Origin: Mycobacteriales bacterium
GTDB lineage: Bacteria; Actinomycetota; Actinomycetes; JAFAQI01
DNA length: 64,000 nucleotides
Assembly: GCA_035545635.1 (NCBI GenBank)
Contig: DASZXY010000013.1
Location: 184,207 to 248,206, forward strand
Reading direction: 5' to 3'
The notes below the pieces were generated by a model that saw nothing but the letters and a program-made list of their open reading frames with translations, made no database searches and was not told the origin of the DNA. Below are positions 59,974 through 64,000 of this stretch, piece after piece (positions within the stretch are counted from its first letter, which is position 1; each line of letters begins with the position of its first letter). Made by a program: the position numbers and the translations under genes.

Positions 59974-60003
59974 CAGTTTGCAGTACTGCATATTGCAGTA
60001 CTA
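59974..60003. promoter_or_regulatory. Candidate PadR operator: 12-bp perfect palindrome TGCAGTACTGCA plus 9-bp direct repeat TGCAGTACT x2
   Basis: In the 60-bp divergent spacer between the DinB-like gene and padR. Confidence 0.5.
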
Positions 60004-60023
60004 TCACCACATGACCGACGGCA

Positions 60024-60637
60024 TGTCAACCAACTCCTACGCGGTGCTCGGAATGCTCGCCCTACGGCCGTGGACGCCGTACGAGCTCACCCAGCAATTT
60101 CTTCGCAGCCTTTCCTGGTGCTGGCCCGTCTCGGAGCGCCAGCTCTACACCGAACCCGAAAAGCTGGTCGGTCTGGGCCTTGCGAGGGTCCAGTCCGCCG
60201 ACAACGGCGCTCGCGCCCGGCGGCAGTACTCGATTACTCCCGCCGGGCGAAAGGCCCTCAAAGAATGGCTCGGCACCCCCACCACTGCGCCTCGAGTCTT
60301 CAACGAGCCGCTGCTACGAGTGCTCTACGCGGATCAGGGCGACCAGGCTGATCTGCTGCAGGCACTCGTCGGCCTACGCGAGGAGATGCTCGCGCGGTTC
60401 GAGGTCGGCCGAGAGCGGTCCCTCGAGTACCTGGAGGAACGCGGCCCGTTCCCGGACCGGGCACACCTCATCGCGATCTTCGCCGACCTGGGCCAGCGCA
60501 TCACCACCGTCATCGACGAGTGGGCGTCGGATTCGATCCGCGAAGTGAAGACGTGGCCGAGCACGAAGAGCCTGGGCATGACTTCCGCAACGCGGCGGAC
60601 CCTCAAACGGGTGGTGGACGCCGCCCATCCCGCCTGA
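60024..60637 (+). CDS. PadR-family transcriptional regulator
   Basis: PadR winged-helix motif AVLGMLALRPWTPYEL. An ATG at 60012 is also possible. Confidence 0.8.
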
Positions 60638-60654
60638 TGGCAGAGACGCCCGTT

Positions 60655-60767
60655 CGTATGTGACATAGGTGTCGTGAATTACGACCCGAATGTCACATAC
60701 GTGTTGGATATTGCGACACCTATGTCACATGCGGCACCGGTGGCACAACACCTATGTCACATGCGAT
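60655..60767. repeat. Cluster of four TATGT(G/C)ACATA palindromes, including a 17-bp perfect inverted repeat (ATGTGACATAGGTGTCG / CGACACCTATGTCACAT)
   Basis: Lower-GC 150-bp spacer between convergent padR and aldehyde dehydrogenase genes. Confidence 0.75.
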
Positions 60768-60790
60768 ACGGCGCGAGAAGCCGGTAGCGC

Positions 60791-62239
60791 TCAGCCGGTG
60801 TAGCCCATGGGCATGAGGATCGACTTGAGCTCGCAGAAGGCGGCGAGGCCTTCGGGACCGTCCTCGCGACCGATACCGGAGCACTTGTAGCCACCGAACG
60901 GCGAGCCCATGTCGAAGGCGTACCAGTTGATGCCGTAGGTGCCGGTGCGGACCTTCGTCGCGATCTCGTAGCCGTGGTCGACATCCTGCGTCCAGACCGA
61001 GCCGGCAAGACCGAAGTCGCTGTCGTTCGCAATCGCGACGGCCTCTTCCTCGGTGTCGTAGGGCAGCAGGGAGAGGACCGGGCCGAAGATCTCCTCCTGC
61101 GCGATCGTCATCTTGTTGTCGACGTCGGCGAAGACGGTCGGGGCGACGTACCAGCCGGTGTCGAGACCGGCCGGCCGGGTCCCGTCGAGCACGAGCCGCG
61201 CTCCCTCGGCCTTGCCCTTCTCGATGTAGCCCTCGACGCGGTCGCGCTGCCGCTCGGCGACCAGCGGGCCGAGCTGCGTCGCCGGGTCCGACGGATCACC
61301 CACGACGAACATCTTCGCGGCCTCGGTGATCGCCTCGGTGATCTCGTCGTAGCGGTTCCGCGGCGCCAGGATCCGAGTCTGCGCGACGCACGCCTGCCCG
61401 GAGTTCATCAGGCCGGAGAACGCGATCATGAACGCGCTCGATGCGAGGTCGACGTCGTCGAGCAGGATCGCGGCCGACTTGCCGCCGAGCTCGAGCGAGA
61501 CGCGCTTGAGCCGCTCGGTCGCGAGCGAGCCGACCTTGCGACCAGCCGCAGTCGAGCCGGTGAACGACACCTTGTCGACGCCGGGGTGCGTGACGAGGTA
61601 CTCGCTCACCTCGCGGTCCGCCGGTACGACGGAGATGACGCCCTCGGGCAGCCCCGCCTCGACCAGCAGCCCGCCGAGCATCAGCGAGTCGATCGGCGTC
61701 TCTGGGGCCGGCTTCAGCACCACGGTGCAACCGGCGAGCAGCGCCGGGATGACCTTGTTGACCGCGATGAACAGCGGCACGTTCCACGGGATGATCGCGG
61801 CGACGACGCCAACCGGCTCGCGACGTACCTTGCTGATGCCGAACGCGCCGCTGCGCTGCTCCTCCCACGGGAAGCTGTCAGCCAGGCCCGCGAACACGTC
61901 GAGCGCGCCCTTCGCCGGCGTGTACATCATCATCTCGACGGTCGACGGCGGGGCGCCCATCTCCGAGGAGATGACCGTCTTGTAGTCCTCGATCCGCTCG
62001 GCAAGCAGGTCGGCGAACTTCGCCAGCACCTTCGCCCGCTCACTCGGCGGCGTGGTCGGCCACGGTCCGTGGTCGAAAGCCTGCCGGGCGGCAGCAACCG
62101 CCGCGTCGATGTCCGCCTCGACGCCCTCGGGCACCGTGCCGACCACCTCGAGCGTCGCCGGAGAGCGCACCTCGAAGGTCTGGCTGGTCGACGGCGCGAC
62201 CCACTTTCCGCCGATCAGAAGCTGGTCGTATGAGGTCAT
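60791..62239 (-). CDS. Aldehyde dehydrogenase (NAD(P)+)
   Basis: ALDH motifs (ELGGKSAAIL, catalytic Cys in NSGQACVA, EEIFGPV). Confidence 0.9.
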   Translation of the reverse strand: MTSYDQLLIGGKWVAPSTSQTFEVRSPATLEVVGTVPEGVEADIDAAVAAARQAFDHGPWPTTPPSERAKVLAKFADLLAERIEDYKTVISSEMGAPPSTVEMMMYTPAKGALDVFAGLADSFPWEEQRSGAFGISKVRREPVGVVAAIIPWNVPLFIAVNKVIPALLAGCTVVLKPAPETPIDSLMLGGLLVEAGLPEGVISVVPADREVSEYLVTHPGVDKVSFTGSTAAGRKVGSLATERLKRVSLELGGKSAAILLDDVDLASSAFMIAFSGLMNSGQACVAQTRILAPRNRYDEITEAITEAAKMFVVGDPSDPATQLGPLVAERQRDRVEGYIEKGKAEGARLVLDGTRPAGLDTGWYVAPTVFADVDNKMTIAQEEIFGPVLSLLPYDTEEEAVAIANDSDFGLAGSVWTQDVDHGYEIATKVRTGTYGINWYAFDMGSPFGGYKCSGIGREDGPEGLAAFCELKSILMPMGYTG

Positions 62240-62249
62240 GTCGCCATTA

Positions 62250-62267
62250 TGTGACGACCCGTCAGAT
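62250..62267. promoter_or_regulatory. Palindrome TGTGACGACCCGTCAGAT (site F)
   Basis: TGACG-ACC-CGTCA, in the divergent spacer between the aldehyde dehydrogenase and the lipoprotein gene. Confidence 0.5.
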
Positions 62268-62288
62268 CTGGTCGAGGCAGGGTCGAAT

Positions 62289-62332
62289 CACGATCTTGAA
62301 CACCTTGATTCCGCAGGTTCCGCGCCGAATGG
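62289..62332. repeat. Degenerate spacer element R5 (CACGATCTTGAACACCTTGATTCCGCAGGTTCCGCGCCGAATG)
   Basis: Retains the CACGAT, GATTCCGC and CCGAATG blocks of the R element. Its ATG is in frame with the lipoprotein. Confidence 0.4.
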
Positions 62333-62337
62333 ATGGC

Positions 62338-62820
62338 ATGAAGCCGATTGCGACCACTCTCAGCCTCGCGGCCGTTGTCGCCCTCGCGGGCTGCGGTGGC
62401 GGCAGCAGCGGAGGCGCCGCGACCACGACGCCGACCAACCCGCCGAATGCGCCTGCCGACAGTGCCGCCGCGACGTCTGAGATCACCACGACCTGGCAGA
62501 CGTTCTTCCACACCGGCACGAAGCCCACGGCCGCGGAGCAGCTGCTGGAGAATGGCGACCAGCTCGGCGCGGCAATCAGGGTCGCAGGCATGATCCAGCA
62601 CAAGCAGAAGATCACCGAAGCCGCGAAGGTCCTCCACGTCGCCTTCACGAGTCCAACCGCCGCGACCGTCACCTACAACCTGCTGAGCCACGGCACGGTG
62701 TTGCTGCCCAACGCGACCGGCCAGGCCGTGCTCCAAGACGGCCACTGGAAGGTGTCGCAGTCGACGTTCTGCACCCTCGTCCAACTAGGTGCAGGAGGTA
62801 AGGAAATTCCTGGATGCTAA
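62338..62820 (+). CDS. Lipoprotein of unknown function
   Basis: MKPIATTLSLAAVVALAGC lipobox, followed by a Gly/Ser/Thr-rich linker. Upstream in-frame ATGs at 62329 and 62333 are alternatives. Confidence 0.6.
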   Translation: MKPIATTLSLAAVVALAGCGGGSSGGAATTTPTNPPNAPADSAAATSEITTTWQTFFHTGTKPTAAEQLLENGDQLGAAIRVAGMIQHKQKITEAAKVLHVAFTSPTAATVTYNLLSHGTVLLPNATGQAVLQDGHWKVSQSTFCTLVQLGAGGKEIPGC

Positions 62821-62891
62821 GGACCCCCGCGAGCATCTGAAACGAGGTCATATAGTCCGGAGACCCCCTGCATCTCTCCGGAGGACCTCCT

Positions 62892-64000
62892 TTGTCCGGG
62901 TTCAACCTTGCCGATCTCTTCGAGCGGGTTGTTGATGCCGTCCCCGACCGCGAGGTCATCGTCTCCCCCGCCCGCCGGCTCACCTTCGCCCAGCTCGACG
63001 AGCGCGCGAACCGGCTGGCGAACGTCCTGACCGAGCTGGGCGTCGAGCGCGGCGAGCACATCGGCCTGCAGCTCCTGAACGGCTCGGAGTACATCGAGGG
63101 AATGCTCGCGGCGTTCAAGATCGGCGCCGTACCCGTCAATGTGAACTTCCGGTACGTCGAGGGCGAGCTGCGCCATCTGTACGACGACGCGGACCTGGTT
63201 GCGGTGATCCACCACCAACAGTTCTCGCCACGAGTCGCGGCTGTGTTCCCGAAAGCTGTGACAGTGCGCAACCTCATCGTCGTCGCCGAGAGCTCGGCGG
63301 CCGACATCGCGCCCGACTCGCTCGACTACGAGGCTGCGCTGGCTGACGCGAAGCCCGAACGTCCGGACGGCAGCGAGCGCACCGGCGACGACCGCTACAT
63401 CGCCTACACCGGTGGGACGACGGGTCTGCCCAAGGGCGTCGTGTGGCGACAGGAGGACATCTTCTTCGCCGCCATGGGCGGCGGTGACGTCTTCCAGTCC
63501 GGCAACTTCATCGCGACACCCGAGGAGATCGTCGAGCGCATCCCGGAGACCGGCGGGACCATCCTCACGACCCCACCACTGATGCACGTCAGCGCGCAGT
63601 GGGGCGTCTTCCACTCGCTGTTCGCCGGCGGCCGGGTCGTGTTCCCGCCGCAGGGTCCGTTCGACCCTGACGGCATCTGGTCGCTCGTCGCCAAGGAAGG
63701 CGTCAACATCCTCACGATCGTCGGCGACGCGATGGCGCGGCCGCTAGCCGACGCGTACGCCGCCGCCCTCGAAACCGGCAACCCGCACGATGCATCGTCG
63801 CTGTTCGTCATCGGCTCCGGTGGTGCCGTGCTGTCGACGCAGGCGAAGGCGAAGCTGACCGAGCTCCTGCCGTCACTGATGGTGGTCGACGGCTTCGGCT
63901 CTTCGGAAACCGGCATCGTCGGCAGCAAGATGCACGTCAGCGGCGACACGACGACGGCGCCCACCTTCACTGTCAACGCGCAGACCCAGGTGCTCGACGA
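62892..64000 (+). CDS. fadD19: Acyl-CoA synthetase, FadD19-like (steroid side-chain CoA ligase), 3'-truncated by the window end
   Basis: TTG at 62892 with a GGAGGA RBS. VNVNFRYVEGELRHLYDDADLV and YTGGTTGLPKGVVWRQEDIF closely match FadD19. No stop before the end of the window, so it is absent from the ORF track. Confidence 0.8.
   Translation, partial: MSGFNLADLFERVVDAVPDREVIVSPARRLTFAQLDERANRLANVLTELGVERGEHIGLQLLNGSEYIEGMLAAFKIGAVPVNVNFRYVEGELRHLYDDADLVAVIHHQQFSPRVAAVFPKAVTVRNLIVVAESSAADIAPDSLDYEAALADAKPERPDGSERTGDDRYIAYTGGTTGLPKGVVWRQEDIFFAAMGGGDVFQSGNFIATPEEIVERIPETGGTILTTPPLMHVSAQWGVFHSLFAGGRVVFPPQGPFDPDGIWSLVAKEGVNILTIVGDAMARPLADAYAAALETGNPHDASSLFVIGSGGAVLSTQAKAKLTELLPSLMVVDGFGSSETGIVGSKMHVSGDTTTAPTFTVNAQTQVLD

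Noticed and set aside
62817-63976. Two minus-strand ORFs (265 aa and 190 aa) at the right end of the window
   Set aside because: Antisense to the fadD19-like gene. That gene is missing from the track only because it has no stop inside the window.

Overview
This is a high-GC (about 70%) actinobacterial chromosomal window. There are no rRNA, tRNA, CRISPR or transposase/integrase genes. Coordinates I derived by hand may be off by 1 nt.

The window is mostly a steroid/lipid-catabolic neighbourhood of the Mycobacterium/Rhodococcus type:
- A divergent cyp125-like P450 and fadA5-like thiolase pair with two KstR-type operator boxes (TnnAACnnGTTnnA) between them.
- echA19-like and second crotonase genes, fadD17-like, a partial fadD19-like and two further acyl-CoA ligases.
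- An Ltp thiolase paired with a DUF35 partner, two nitronate-monooxygenase paralogs, a 3Fe-4S ferredoxin, SDR and Zn-ADH genes.
- Five luciferase-like (mostly F420-type) oxidoreductases, a Ddn-like and a PPOX-like F420 enzyme, and two amidohydrolases.
- Secreted alpha/beta hydrolases, a beta-lactamase-like hydrolase, a patatin and a second P450.

The accessory content is:
- A LivJHMGF-type ABC transporter operon fused to a Pro/Thr-rich surface protein, a small Cys-containing membrane protein and a cyclase.
- A membrane GGDEF-EAL sensor, a cNMP-binding protein, a NUDIX hydrolase, and a PadR regulator with palindromes.

Three things stand out:
1. A tandemly duplicated two-gene cassette at 46-52 kb. 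Each copy is a 70-aa LPYTG-containing membrane peptide followed by a polytopic GT2 (cellulose-synthase-like) synthase. The two copies flank a secreted protein built of eight 43-aa Cys-pair repeats.
2. A recurring 18-bp palindrome, TCTGACG-N3-CGTCAGAT, upstream of at least seven catabolic genes. It is distinct from the KstR box and looks like the operator of an unassigned regulator.
3. A roughly 45-bp repeated element (CACGATTCCGCGGGGGCCCCGAAATG core) in five short spacers directly upstream of start codons. It is often 10-40 bp downstream of the palindrome.
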